A program made the translations under genes and the position numbers. Positions 43,389 through 52,595 of a stretch of DNA of 64,000 bases are shown in pieces. The notes under the pieces are model-generated. The model did no database searches. It was given only the letters and a program-made list of their open reading frames with translations, and had not been told where the DNA came from. How positions within the stretch are numbered: position 1 is the first letter of the stretch; each line of letters opens with the position of its first letter. This DNA comes from Desulfurococcales archaeon (GTDB lineage: Archaea > Thermoproteota > Thermoprotei_A > Sulfolobales > NBVN01). The stretch covers positions 3,000 through 66,999 of the forward strand of contig JALWZB010000061.1 in NCBI GenBank assembly GCA_027002995.1, written 5' to 3'.

Positions 43389-46199
43389 TCACGATGTGGG
43401 TATGACCCAGACTTCAGAGGAGCCTGAATCCCTAACCAGTATTAACGCCCCATTATAGTACTCCATCCTATCACCGTAGCCTATCGGGGCTGGGAGGAAG
43501 AGAACAGGTACGTTAGTGAAGTTAGCGTACGTTGGGTTAACTTTATACAGGCTACCGCCCTCCAACATCAGCCATAAGTACTTCCCGTCATAGGCTAACC
43601 CGACGTTACTTAAGCCAGGCATGAGGTTAGCTGTGTTGGACGGTGGTACGGAGGTGCTGTTAGTGAACGGGTTAACGGCAACCAGCACCGCGGCCTTAGA
43701 CGTAGTGTTCTGAAGGATCGTGTACACCCTAGTGTCCACAACAGCCGAGACCGTGTAGGGAGAGGAAACATTCAGGCTGCGGGAAGTAAAGCTAATCAAC
43801 CAAGCACCTCCAGAGGGATACGCCGTCAAGTTATACACGCAGAACGACTGATTACCAACACCAGGCAAAACAGCCAAGTACGTCCTACCAGAGACTGAAT
43901 CATGCACAACCTCAGCCCTAACACCCCCACCTAAGGAGGCCCTACACGCGTCAGTAACGAAAACAGGTGGAGCCGAAGGATTAAGCAAGTCCAACCTATA
44001 TACCCCGCTTCCATTAACTAAGAACAAGGAGTGACTTACGTAACCATCATAAGCAATGTCAGCAGAACCATTAAACACCGTACCAAGCACATTTATAGTC
44101 TCCCAATACAACAGCGTAACACTACCCGGAGCCACACCAGACAACTTAAACACGTCAATATAACTAGTGCCACCCTCACCAACCAATAACACATCCTGAG
44201 ACACCGGAACCCAAACATCAGGGAACGCATTCAGGCAATCAACCTGCAGGGTGAAGGAAGAATCATCATAGGCAAGCAACTCAAGAACCACAGTACCATT
44301 AGTAGGATTAACCAGCGACGCAGGTAAACCAGTAACATTCAACCTAGCCCCACCAGTGGCGTTGTAAACCTTAACAAAAGTACCTAATGACCAGTCATAA
44401 GCATAAACACAAAAGACAGTAGTGCCTAAACTCGACTGGAGAGCAACACTCACAGTAGTTGATGAGACATTATTGCCAGACACGCTAATAGTGCCACTTA
44501 AGTTAACCGAGGCCCTAACCTCCAACTTAGAGGCATATTTTTGTAAAATACTATAAACATCACCGCCAACTATTATCGAGAAAATCCTTGAAGTAACTAT
44601 AGCTCCCGTAGTATCATACACAACTATCATGCCATTACGGATAATAGGTTGCCTGATAACATTAACTGAAGCATAGCCAGACGCATTAAAAACTGCACTG
44701 CCTACGAGATAGCCAGATGCATTGTAGATACTGACATTATAGCCAGAAAAAGTCGTAGGTGCCGTTATATTCACCCAAAGAGGGGAAGCATTAATAGTCA
44801 TCACCACCTCGTCGAAAGCTGTCACGGCGTACCAGGCTCCTAAACCGAGTTCTGTAGGGAAGAAGTAGCTGTCCGAAACAGCAATGCTAGCTAGATAGTT
44901 TCCATTTACATCATATAGCGTTGAATTAAGAACTCCCCGATTAGTCCTCAATGCCAGAACATAAAACCACTCACCTAATTGGGGCTCTGATGCAGCTGGT
45001 ATGGAGCTATATAGTATCACCCTTGAGTGATTATTTATTGACGCAGCATATACGTTATTCAAAGTACTACCTGGTGGTAGAGGAGGAGGAGGCGGAGGTC
45101 CCGGTCCTCCACCTACAAACGTGAGGGTGATGTTCTCTCCTAGGGCTCCAAGCTCATAGAACCAAGTATTATTTAACTGGAGTAGGCCCGACGTACCTAG
45201 ATTATAATCAAGAACCCATCCCCCAGGCAGGATGAAGGAGTTATAAAGGTAGCTTACCCTGCTAATATTAAGCTTAAGAAGCGCATATATGTTGCTTGCA
45301 GATAGATTCACTACTGATAAGCTTTTCGTAATATTTACGATTGCAATGTATTCTCCATTAGAAGAATCTGTTTGTTCGACGTAGTGTCCTATAGGGTTCC
45401 AGACCCATGTTCCATTTACTGCCGTTAGATTTCCGTCGATAAATGGATTATTTAGGAAGTCATCGTAAAATATTGCTGTTCTCTTTTCTCCGGCTATTAC
45501 GTAGCTTGGGATTGGTGTTGCTGTTATGTTTTGGTTGTCTGCGTAGTTTAGGTTTGTTGCTATCCCTGTTGCTGTTCCTGTTAGTGCTGTGTATGCGTAT
45601 ACGTTTCCTGCTCTTGTTTGTGGTGTTGGTATTGTTGCTGTTCCTGCCCATGTTACTGTTCCTGCCCCGGCTATTCTTGGCAGATACGTGTTTGCTAGGC
45701 TTGCCTGTACTCCTGGTAGGGTTGTTGCGTTCGTTGCTGGTATTGGGTATGTTGCTTTGAAGGCGTTGCCTAGCTCCGATATTAGCGTTATTTCGTAGGT
45801 TGATACCGGGCTTAGGGGATATGGGGTCATTATGGTTAGTGTTGTCCTCGTTTGTGGTGCTACGTATTTTTCAGGGGTTATTTTGCCTACTATTTTTACG
45901 GTGTTGTTTCTTATGATGTAGTTTACGAGTACTATTGGTTGTGTGCCGTCGTTTGTTACGGTGATTGTTACTGAGGTTCCGGTTATTGTTATGGAGTTTA
46001 TTGTTAGTTTCTCCTGTTGCTTCTTGAGGAGGAGCTGGTTTGCTCTTATTACGTTGGATGTTGTTGTCGCCATCCTCTGCAGTATGAATGTAAAGGTCAA
46101 GAGAAATGCTAGGAGAGTTGCTAGTATGAATATTGCCGCTATTATCGTTGAAACGGCTTTCCTTCCTTTGCTTTTCTTACGTGGACGCATCTTGATCAC
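43389..46199 (-). CDS. giant surface protein with class III (pilin-like) signal peptide
   Basis: 936 aa. The N-terminus reads KKSKGRKAVSTIIAAIFILATLLAFLLTF. It has dozens of NxS/T sequons and a poly-Pro hinge GGGPGPPPPPPLPPGS (around nt 45065-45110). A GTG or ATG start lies 1-10 nt after the upstream pilin-like gene, with GAGGTGA overlapping that gene's stop. Confidence 0.75.
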   Translation of the reverse strand: MIKMRPRKKSKGRKAVSTIIAAIFILATLLAFLLTFTFILQRMATTTSNVIRANQLLLKKQQEKLTINSITITGTSVTITVTNDGTQPIVLVNYIIRNNTVKIVGKITPEKYVAPQTRTTLTIMTPYPLSPVSTYEITLISELGNAFKATYPIPATNATTLPGVQASLANTYLPRIAGAGTVTWAGTATIPTPQTRAGNVYAYTALTGTATGIATNLNYADNQNITATPIPSYVIAGEKRTAIFYDDFLNNPFIDGNLTAVNGTWVWNPIGHYVEQTDSSNGEYIAIVNITKSLSVVNLSASNIYALLKLNISRVSYLYNSFILPGGWVLDYNLGTSGLLQLNNTWFYELGALGENITLTFVGGGPGPPPPPPLPPGSTLNNVYAASINNHSRVILYSSIPAASEPQLGEWFYVLALRTNRGVLNSTLYDVNGNYLASIAVSDSYFFPTELGLGAWYAVTAFDEVVMTINASPLWVNITAPTTFSGYNVSIYNASGYLVGSAVFNASGYASVNVIRQPIIRNGMIVVYDTTGAIVTSRIFSIIVGGDVYSILQKYASKLEVRASVNLSGTISVSGNNVSSTTVSVALQSSLGTTVFCVYAYDWSLGTFVKVYNATGGARLNVTGLPASLVNPTNGTVVLELLAYDDSSFTLQVDCLNAFPDVWVPVSQDVLLVGEGGTSYIDVFKLSGVAPGSVTLLYWETINVLGTVFNGSADIAYDGYVSHSLFLVNGSGVYRLDLLNPSAPPVFVTDACRASLGGGVRAEVVHDSVSGRTYLAVLPGVGNQSFCVYNLTAYPSGGAWLISFTSRSLNVSSPYTVSAVVDTRVYTILQNTTSKAAVLVAVNPFTNSTSVPPSNTANLMPGLSNVGLAYDGKYLWLMLEGGSLYKVNPTYANFTNVPVLFLPAPIGYGDRMEYYNGALILVRDSGSSEVWVIPTS

Positions 46200-46200
46200 C

Positions 46201-46677
46201 TCAGGTAGTAGTTATGTACGTGAATAACTTGACCTCGTTTGGTCCAGTCAATATTACTTCGTAGGTGTTTCCTGAGGCTAAGGTGTACCTTATTACTAAT
46301 TCGTTCACGCCGCTTGGTAATTGGGTTCCGAATCCTTGGATTAGGTCTGTCTTAGGTATCAATTGCTTGTTGATGTACGCCGTATCTATTACTACTGGAG
46401 CGCTGTCGTTGCTTACGTATACGAAGATATGTATTGTTGCGTCTGTTGAGTTGTAGTAGGCATCAACTATGCTTGCCTGGAGCTGGGCTACGTTGTTGAG
46501 TCTTTCGAGATCCTCGCTTAACCTCCTGTATTGAGCGTCCATTGCTGATTTGGCTGCTAGGTAGAAGGTCGTGCCTACGGTTACTGCTATGAGTATGAGT
46601 AGGGTTAGGGAAATAATTTCGGAGACGCCCTTCCTTGCCCAACGCTTGTTTAGCTTGGTCTTGGTTAGTGGCATCAT
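46201..46677 (-). CDS. archaeal type IV pilin-like protein (class III signal peptide)
   Basis: 158 aa. It reads RWARKGVSEIISLTLLILIAVTVGTTFYLAA followed by a small beta-rich domain. A TATA-like cttaaatttag lies at 46709-46719. Confidence 0.7.
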   Translation of the reverse strand: MMPLTKTKLNKRWARKGVSEIISLTLLILIAVTVGTTFYLAAKSAMDAQYRRLSEDLERLNNVAQLQASIVDAYYNSTDATIHIFVYVSNDSAPVVIDTAYINKQLIPKTDLIQGFGTQLPSGVNELVIRYTLASGNTYEVILTGPNEVKLFTYITTT

Positions 46678-46731
46678 TTTACCTAAGTCATATGTATCTA
46701 TAGAGCGACTTAAATTTAGTCTGCTAATGAT

Positions 46732-47844
46732 TTACAGTACTACCTCGCCTTCCCTCTCTATGCTTGACCTTATTTCTTTGTACGGTAGGATGATGGTGTT
46801 CTTGGCTATTAGGACTTCATCATCTATGACTATCTCGTCACCAAGCACTGAGCCAGGCATTATGCGGACCCACTTACCGACGTATGTTCTCTCACCTATT
46901 ACGGATCCCGTTATGTGGGCTGGTCCCTCTATTACTACCCTCTCTAGGAGTACGGAGTCCTTTATCCTGGTTAGCGGGCCTATCTCGCAACCCTCTCCCA
47001 CGACTGCTAGGGGGCCTACGACGCTTCCTTGCGATAGCTTCACTCCTTCGCCAATGAATGATGGTTGAATTACTTCCGCGTCATCTATGTCGGCTGAGGG
47101 GGCGATGTAGCCGTTTGGGTGCATGTGCTGTAGGGCTTGGAAGTTTGCCTTCATGTAGTCTTTGGGTACGCCTATGTCTGACCATATTCCGTTGTGGACG
47201 TACCCGTATATTACGCGGTCCTCAACCATCTTCGGTATGACGTGCTTTGATAGCTTGAAGGGTGGCTTGACGTTGAAGTACTTGAGAGCCTCCGGCTCAA
47301 AGACGTAGATGCCGGCATTGATTAGGTTGCTTCTTGCCTCGCCTCTGGAGGGCTTCTCGATGAAGTCAATTATTCTGTCAGTCTCGTCCAGGAGCGCGAC
47401 ACCATACCTTGATGGGTCCTCAACCCGGGTTAGGACTAGAGTGGCTAGTCCTCCTGCACTGCGGTGGAACCTTATTAGGTCGTTGAAGTCCACGTCACTG
47501 AATATGTCGCCGTACACGACTAGGAAGGTTTCGTCAAGCCCGAATGCCTCTTTAACCATGGGTATGGGTCCCCCGTCACCGAGGGGCTTAACCTCCTCAG
47601 CGTACTCTATCTCAATACCGTACTCTGAGCCGTCACCGTACTTTCTCTTAATCATTTCCGAGAGGTACCTAACGGAAAGTATAACCCGCTTAACCCCGGC
47701 CTCACGCAGACCACTTAGGATCCAGTCCAGCAATGGCTTATTTAGCACCGGTAGGAGGGGCTTAGGTCTCGTGAGGGTTAAGGGCCTTAACCTCGTTGCG
47801 AAGCCTCCGGCCAGAACTATCGCTGTGTCGATGCCCTCACCCAC
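46732..47844 (-). CDS. sugar-1-phosphate nucleotidylyltransferase with C-terminal left-handed beta-helix (GlmU/ST0452-like)
   Basis: 370 aa. It has AIVLAGGFATRLRPLTLTRPKPLLPV and hexapeptide repeats in the C-terminal third. Confidence 0.8.
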   Translation of the reverse strand: MGEGIDTAIVLAGGFATRLRPLTLTRPKPLLPVLNKPLLDWILSGLREAGVKRVILSVRYLSEMIKRKYGDGSEYGIEIEYAEEVKPLGDGGPIPMVKEAFGLDETFLVVYGDIFSDVDFNDLIRFHRSAGGLATLVLTRVEDPSRYGVALLDETDRIIDFIEKPSRGEARSNLINAGIYVFEPEALKYFNVKPPFKLSKHVIPKMVEDRVIYGYVHNGIWSDIGVPKDYMKANFQALQHMHPNGYIAPSADIDDAEVIQPSFIGEGVKLSQGSVVGPLAVVGEGCEIGPLTRIKDSVLLERVVIEGPAHITGSVIGERTYVGKWVRIMPGSVLGDEIVIDDEVLIAKNTIILPYKEIRSSIEREGEVVL

Positions 47845-47904
47845 GCTTAACCCCGTAATTTAACTGCGTCAACCATTAAAGAAACTGCTTGGAGAACAGC
47901 TTAG

Positions 47905-48477
47905 GTGAGCATGGAGTTGGGCCTGACGAGGAAACCCGAGGTTATCGTCGCCGCAGGAACTAAGAACCCTAGTAAGGTGGCCGGTATAAGGGCAGCGTTC
48001 ACCGAGTTACTGGGGGTTAGCGTTAAGGTAATTCCCGTAGCAGTTGATCCAGGCGTGCCCCCGCAACCGTTAGGAATGAATGAGATCCTCTTAGGGGCTA
48101 AGAACAGGTGCTTACGGGCCTTCTCATCAGTTAAGGATGCTGACTTCGGTGTGGGGGTTGAGGCAGGCATATATAGGGTGGAGGATAGGTACTACGACGT
48201 TCAGGTAGCGGTTATACGGGACTCCAACGGTTTAACCTCCGTTGGTTTCTCCCCTTCCTTCCAGGTACCGCCACCCTTCGCTGACGCGCTAGTTAAGGGA
48301 GAGGCTAGAGAGCTGGAGGTGGTGGTGGACAGGTACTTCGGGACTAAGGATATAGGGGAGAAGGGTGGGCTCATAAAGATACTTACTAAGGGTGTAGTGA
48401 CGCGTGAGCACTTAACACGAGATGCTGTCTTAATGGCCCTCATACCTTGGGTGAATGAGGAGCTTTACAAGTGCTGA
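47905..48477 (+). CDS. inosine/xanthosine triphosphatase (YjjX/DUF84 family)
   Basis: 190 aa. Motifs seen: VAAGTKNPSKVAGIRAAF and GVGVEAG. Confidence 0.75.
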   Translation: MSMELGLTRKPEVIVAAGTKNPSKVAGIRAAFTELLGVSVKVIPVAVDPGVPPQPLGMNEILLGAKNRCLRAFSSVKDADFGVGVEAGIYRVEDRYYDVQVAVIRDSNGLTSVGFSPSFQVPPPFADALVKGEARELEVVVDRYFGTKDIGEKGGLIKILTKGVVTREHLTRDAVLMALIPWVNEELYKC

Positions 48478-48540
48478 TTGCCCTGTCTATCACGCCCTTA
48501 AGGAAAAACTTAACTTATTAACCCTACCGCTACTTGATGG

Positions 48541-48795
48541 GTGGTGTTAGGCGTGCCTATAGAGGTGCGTGACAGGGAGGAGTTCATAGAGATTAGTGCG
48601 AGGGCGTCGGAAATACGTGTCGTTAGAAAGGAGAAGGAGGGCATAGCGAAGGTTAAGGCAAGGACAAGGAGGTACCTGTACACCATTAAGATACCGCTGA
48701 ACGAGCTCTCCGACTTCCTGAAGAAGTTGAAGTGCAATAAGATAGTGGAGATAGGGAAGAAGGGAGAGAAGGAGGAAGTCACCTCCTCATCCTGA
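48541..48795 (+). CDS. rpl38e: 50S ribosomal protein eL38 (L38e)
   Basis: 84 aa (or 80 aa from the GTG at 48553). PIEVRDREEFIEISARASEIRVVRKEKEGIAKVKARTRRYLYTIKIP matches the eukaryotic L38 pattern (I.DIK.FL..ARR.DA..V.IKK....KFK.R.SRYLYTL). Confidence 0.7.
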   Translation: MVLGVPIEVRDREEFIEISARASEIRVVRKEKEGIAKVKARTRRYLYTIKIPLNELSDFLKKLKCNKIVEIGKKGEKEEVTSSS

Positions 48796-48806
48796 AGCGG
48801 GAGCAA

Positions 48807-50291
48807 GTGATGACTGAAGAACAGGGTAACGCGTCGCTGGAGGCATACATTGAGGAGGCATCATACCCGTCCAGACGTGATGTCCTCAAGGACTCTTTTT
48901 TCAATGCGAGTGCTGGGGAACTAACGCTCGTTGCCGGCCCGTCAGGGTCAGGGAAAACCACGCTACTATTAGCAATTACCGGTGTTCTGAAGCACCTGCT
49001 CCAAGGCAATGTTAGAGGTAGGGTTAACCTAGCTGGTATAGATCCCCTCACGGAGGAGGGCTTTAGTAAGGTTCCGAGGATCGTTGGGGCAGTTATGCAG
49101 GATCCCGACAAGCAGTTAGCTATGCCTACTCCGTATGATGAGGTTTCCTTCACCTTAGAGAATCTAGGCATAAATAATGAAGGTAAGGTATGGGACGTGT
49201 TGAGAGAGTACGGTTTAGAGGAACACGCGTTCAAGCCCGTCGAGCACCTATCGGGGGGTCAGCAACGCAGGCTAGCAATAGCTGCCGCACTAGCGCATGA
49301 TCCCGACGTAGTTGTGCTTGATGAGCCAACAGCATCCCTCGATCCTTGGGGCGTTAAGTCGTTGAAGGGAACTATTACGCGGTTACTGAGGAGAGGGAAG
49401 ACCGTGGTCGTAGTAGAGCATAAAGTAAGGTACTTCCTTGACATGACTTCAAGAACCTACGTGATCAAGAATGGGGTAATTTCAGCTGAGTACCGTAGGG
49501 ACGAGTTACTTTCAAGCGATGCGCTAAGGGAGTTACTCATGACGGGGATAGATGCGCTACCCCCGGAGGCCCACGTACGTGATGCTAGGAGCGAGGAGGG
49601 AGAAGGTGAGGTTACGGTCTCACTCAGTAACCTAACCTGTGGGTACGGCGACGTCGTCGTACTTGAGGACGTTGATATGGAGCTTCGAGCTGGTGAGGTA
49701 GGCGTTCTTGTAGGCCCTAACGGGTCCGGTAAGACTACGTTGCTGAAGTGCATTGCCGGTCTACTGGAGCCTGTGGACGGTTACGTTAGGGTAATGGGTG
49801 AGGACCCTAGGCGTGCTGGTGTCAGGCCCCGCGGTAGGCTGGTTTTCTACGTGCCTCAGATACCGGACTATACGTTCGTCTCGAACTCCGTGGGAGGCGA
49901 GTTGAGGGAGGTTTCTAAGAAGGTAGGTGTAGCCTTTAGAGATTTAGTTAGTATTGCTCCATGGGTTAAGGATGCGTTGCAGCGACCTCCATACAGGTTG
50001 AGTCATGGTCAGCGTAGGTGGCTAGCTCTAAGCATAGGGATTGCGTATACGCCTAAGGCCCTCCTCTTGGACGAGCCGACGACTGGTTTGGACCTCAGGT
50101 TCATGGGTGAGTTAAGGCGTTTGCTTGCCAAGGCTATTAGGGCTGGAGCGGCTGTGCTCATAGCCACGCATGACCCGCGTCTCGTGGCGGAAGTTGCTGA
50201 TAGGGCGTTTATTGTCGATGGTGGGAGAGTGCGTGAGGTGAGTGTTGTTGACGCGCTCAAGTACTTGGAGGAGCCGTTACGTGGGTCGTGA
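48807..50291 (+). CDS. ECF-type transporter fused double ATPase (YkoD-like)
   Basis: 494 aa. It has two ABC cassettes: GPSGSGKTT / LSGGQQRR / VVLDEP and GPNGSGKTT / LSHGQRRW / LLLDEP. Confidence 0.85.
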   Translation: MMTEEQGNASLEAYIEEASYPSRRDVLKDSFFNASAGELTLVAGPSGSGKTTLLLAITGVLKHLLQGNVRGRVNLAGIDPLTEEGFSKVPRIVGAVMQDPDKQLAMPTPYDEVSFTLENLGINNEGKVWDVLREYGLEEHAFKPVEHLSGGQQRRLAIAAALAHDPDVVVLDEPTASLDPWGVKSLKGTITRLLRRGKTVVVVEHKVRYFLDMTSRTYVIKNGVISAEYRRDELLSSDALRELLMTGIDALPPEAHVRDARSEEGEGEVTVSLSNLTCGYGDVVVLEDVDMELRAGEVGVLVGPNGSGKTTLLKCIAGLLEPVDGYVRVMGEDPRRAGVRPRGRLVFYVPQIPDYTFVSNSVGGELREVSKKVGVAFRDLVSIAPWVKDALQRPPYRLSHGQRRWLALSIGIAYTPKALLLDEPTTGLDLRFMGELRRLLAKAIRAGAAVLIATHDPRLVAEVADRAFIVDGGRVREVSVVDALKYLEEPLRGS

Positions 50292-51030
50292 GGGGTCCGT
50301 AGACCCGGCAGTGCTCTTCATTTACGGGCTTGTATTGACTTTAGTGTTGTTTATTGACCGTGATGCCTTGAGCTTGGCTTTAATAGGGGTGCCGAACGCC
50401 ATCGTAGGCTTCGCGTTAGGGTGGAGGAAGTATAAGGTACTCATAGCCCTTTTCCTCATAGGTTTCACCGGGCTAGCCATTAACGCGTTACTACTCACTA
50501 ACGTTGGGCCTACCGTACTGGTGGTGGGGCCACTCATTGTTAGGGCTGGAGCCGTGAACACATTCATAACCATAGGTCTTAGAATAACGGGCATAGCCGG
50601 TGTGGCATTTCTCTTCGTTTCCCTTGTCGACCCGGCACTAGCTGTTAGGAGTTTAGAGAGGAAGCTAAGGTTACCGAAGGGTGTTTGCTTTGCGCTAGCA
50701 TACGCCCTACGGCTAATTGACTTGATGAGTAAGGACTTAAGGGAAATTCAAGGCGTGCGCGTTCTGCGAGGTTATAGGTCAGTACCGATAACGCCTACAG
50801 ATATTAAGTCGGTGTTAACGCCCTTGCTAAGTGTGGGGTATGAGAGGGCCTTATGGGTAGGCATAGCCGCTGAGTTACGTGGCTTTAGGTTGCGTAAAGT
50901 TAGCAAGGAACCACTGAGGATTGGGTGGATGGAAGCTATAGTGCTTACGTTGCTTGCCTTACAGATCCTCATAGCACTTGCCGGAATGCTCGGATACCTG
51001 CGGCTAGTAGTGCCGTACACGCTTCACTAA
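50242..51030 (+). CDS. ECF transporter transmembrane (T) component (EcfT/CbiQ/YkoC-like)
   Basis: Multi-TM protein directly after the ATPase. The real start is probably the GTG at 50281, which overlaps the ATPase stop. Confidence 0.7.
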   Translation: MLLTRSSTWRSRYVGREGSVDPAVLFIYGLVLTLVLFIDRDALSLALIGVPNAIVGFALGWRKYKVLIALFLIGFTGLAINALLLTNVGPTVLVVGPLIVRAGAVNTFITIGLRITGIAGVAFLFVSLVDPALAVRSLERKLRLPKGVCFALAYALRLIDLMSKDLREIQGVRVLRGYRSVPITPTDIKSVLTPLLSVGYERALWVGIAAELRGFRLRKVSKEPLRIGWMEAIVLTLLALQILIALAGMLGYLRLVVPYTLH

Positions 51031-51131
51031 TTACTCATGCTTAAGCCATGATTTTATTCAGATGAAGTATTGAAGCTCTTGCGGAACACTAAACCTTTAA
51101 GCATTATTGATTAGGTCTTCGAGGGTGCTTC

Positions 51132-51662
51132 GTGAAGAGGTATACCGTGGTTGACTGGGCTATACTAGGCCTGGTCGCCGTAGTTACTGGTGTGATATTC
51201 ACGTTTACATGGAATGTTTATTACATTGGTAAGGCTCTAGGAGGGCCTGTCGTCGCTAGAGCCCTATCGTACGGACTATGGTTCATAGGGGCCCCACTAG
51301 CTGCTTCCCTGATAAGGAAGCCTGCCTCAGCGTTTCTAGGAGAGACGCTGGGCGCGCTTGTTGAGACTTTCCTGCCGAACGCAGGCGGCTTCACAAACTT
51401 AATATACGGTATTTGCCAAGGAATCGCCTCGGAAGTCGCGTACGCCATATTCGGGTACCGTAGGTGGGGCGTCCTGCAGGGTATGCTGGCGGGGGCGTTC
51501 GCCGGTCCAGTGGCGGTTGCGTTAGACGCGATACTGTTTCAGTCGCTCGCAACGCCGCCAGTGATGCTTGCTTGGACTATAGCGTCCGTGATTAGCGGCG
51601 CTATCTACGGTGCCATAGTGTCAGCTATAGGTAGGACCGTGCGGGGAGGTAGTGAGAAGTGA
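51132..51662 (+). CDS. ECF substrate-capture (S) component, YkoE-like (HMP/thiamine-precursor)
   Basis: 176 aa with about 5-6 TM helices. The pattern WAILGLVAVVTGVIF...SYGLWFIGAPLAASLIRKP...GICQGIASEV is YkoE-like. It is 4-nt coupled to tenA. Confidence 0.6.
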   Translation: MKRYTVVDWAILGLVAVVTGVIFTFTWNVYYIGKALGGPVVARALSYGLWFIGAPLAASLIRKPASAFLGETLGALVETFLPNAGGFTNLIYGICQGIASEVAYAIFGYRRWGVLQGMLAGAFAGPVAVALDAILFQSLATPPVMLAWTIASVISGAIYGAIVSAIGRTVRGGSEK

Positions 51663-52336
51663 TGCGTGCCGCCAGACCGCCTTCCAGGCTAAGCGCCTAC
51701 TTACGGAGGAAAGCCAGCCCTATATGGGAGAAGATCTTCGTGCACCCTTTCGTGAGGGAACTCTACTCGGGAACCCTCCCTCTCGAGAAGTTTAAGTACT
51801 ACGTCATTCAGGACTACAATTACCTAGTCGTGATGATGAAGTGTTTGGCCCTAGCCGCGTCCAAGGCAGACTTCGAACTCGGTAGGCTGGCGCTGGAACT
51901 TGCTTATGAGGATGCCACTATAGAGATGAGGAACTACGAGGAACTAATTAAGGAGATAGGGTTAAGCATGGACGAAGTTATTCGTGCTGAGCCCTCACCA
52001 ACCGCTTACGCGTACTCTAACTTCCTGCTCACAACATGTTCCTTGGGCACGCCGCTGGATTGTTTAGTGGCTATCCTACCGTGCTTCTGGAGTTACTTGG
52101 AGATAGGGAGGCGTAATGAACACCTACTGAGGAGTAATAGTAATCCCCTGTACCGTAGGTGGTGTTCCGCATACGTAAGTAAGGAGTATGAGGAACTCGT
52201 TAATGAGTTAATACGGGCAGTTGATTTACAGGACTTCACGAACTTAAGGGGGCTTGAGGAACTCTTCATTACGGGCTCCCGGTACGAATACATGTTTTGG
52301 GATGCCGCGTACAGGATGGAGAGATGGCCTGTTTAG
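51659..52336 (+). CDS. tenA: TenA-family aminopyrimidine aminohydrolase (thiaminase II)
   Basis: 225 aa. Motifs seen: HPFVRELYSGTLPLEKFKYYVIQDYNYL and the C-terminal YEYMFWDAAY. Confidence 0.8.
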   Translation: MMRAARPPSRLSAYLRRKASPIWEKIFVHPFVRELYSGTLPLEKFKYYVIQDYNYLVVMMKCLALAASKADFELGRLALELAYEDATIEMRNYEELIKEIGLSMDEVIRAEPSPTAYAYSNFLLTTCSLGTPLDCLVAILPCFWSYLEIGRRNEHLLRSNSNPLYRRWCSAYVSKEYEELVNELIRAVDLQDFTNLRGLEELFITGSRYEYMFWDAAYRMERWPV

Positions 52337-52595
52337 CAGCCGAGTTCCGGGACTCAAGAAGGCTGTTTCAGGTTTAACGGTACTTTTAAATGCTTTTGAA
52401 GGTTAGCAGCTTTGGTGAAAGTGTTTCAATGACCCGCTTTGCGGTGAGGCATGCTATCCCTCAGATGGGAGCCCCGTGGCGTTGGGCTCGACCGAGCCCC
52501 ATGCGATGCGGGCGAAGCTAGTGAACCCGCATCAAGGGCTAACCCCCTCACGGAACCAAACACTAAAATCAACTAAAAGTACCGTGAGAGGGGAA

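Noticed and set aside
45060-45112. A GGAGG/GGCGG-rich run that could be mistaken for a regulatory purine tract or G-quadruplex.
   Set aside because: It is the antisense of the in-frame poly-proline hinge (GGGPGPPPPPPLPPGS) of the giant pilin-like protein.
45530-45760. A T/G-rich low-complexity DNA stretch with recurring gttgctgtt units that looks repeat-like, together with plus-strand ORFs rich in Leu/Phe.
   Set aside because: It is the antisense of a Thr/Ala/Asn-rich coding segment of the 936-aa surface protein. It has no regular period or spacer structure, so it is not a CRISPR or tandem repeat.
52414-52595. RNase P RNA (GAACCCG resembles CR-V), SRP RNA, a TPP riboswitch, or an intron-containing or split tRNA.
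   Set aside because: There is no CR-I GGAAAGUCC-type partner able to form P4. There is no SRP helix-8 GGAA/AGCA motif. There are no CUGAGA...CCUGAU TPP elements on either strand, and the element lies downstream, not upstream, of the thiamine operon. There is no D-arm or T-arm consensus.
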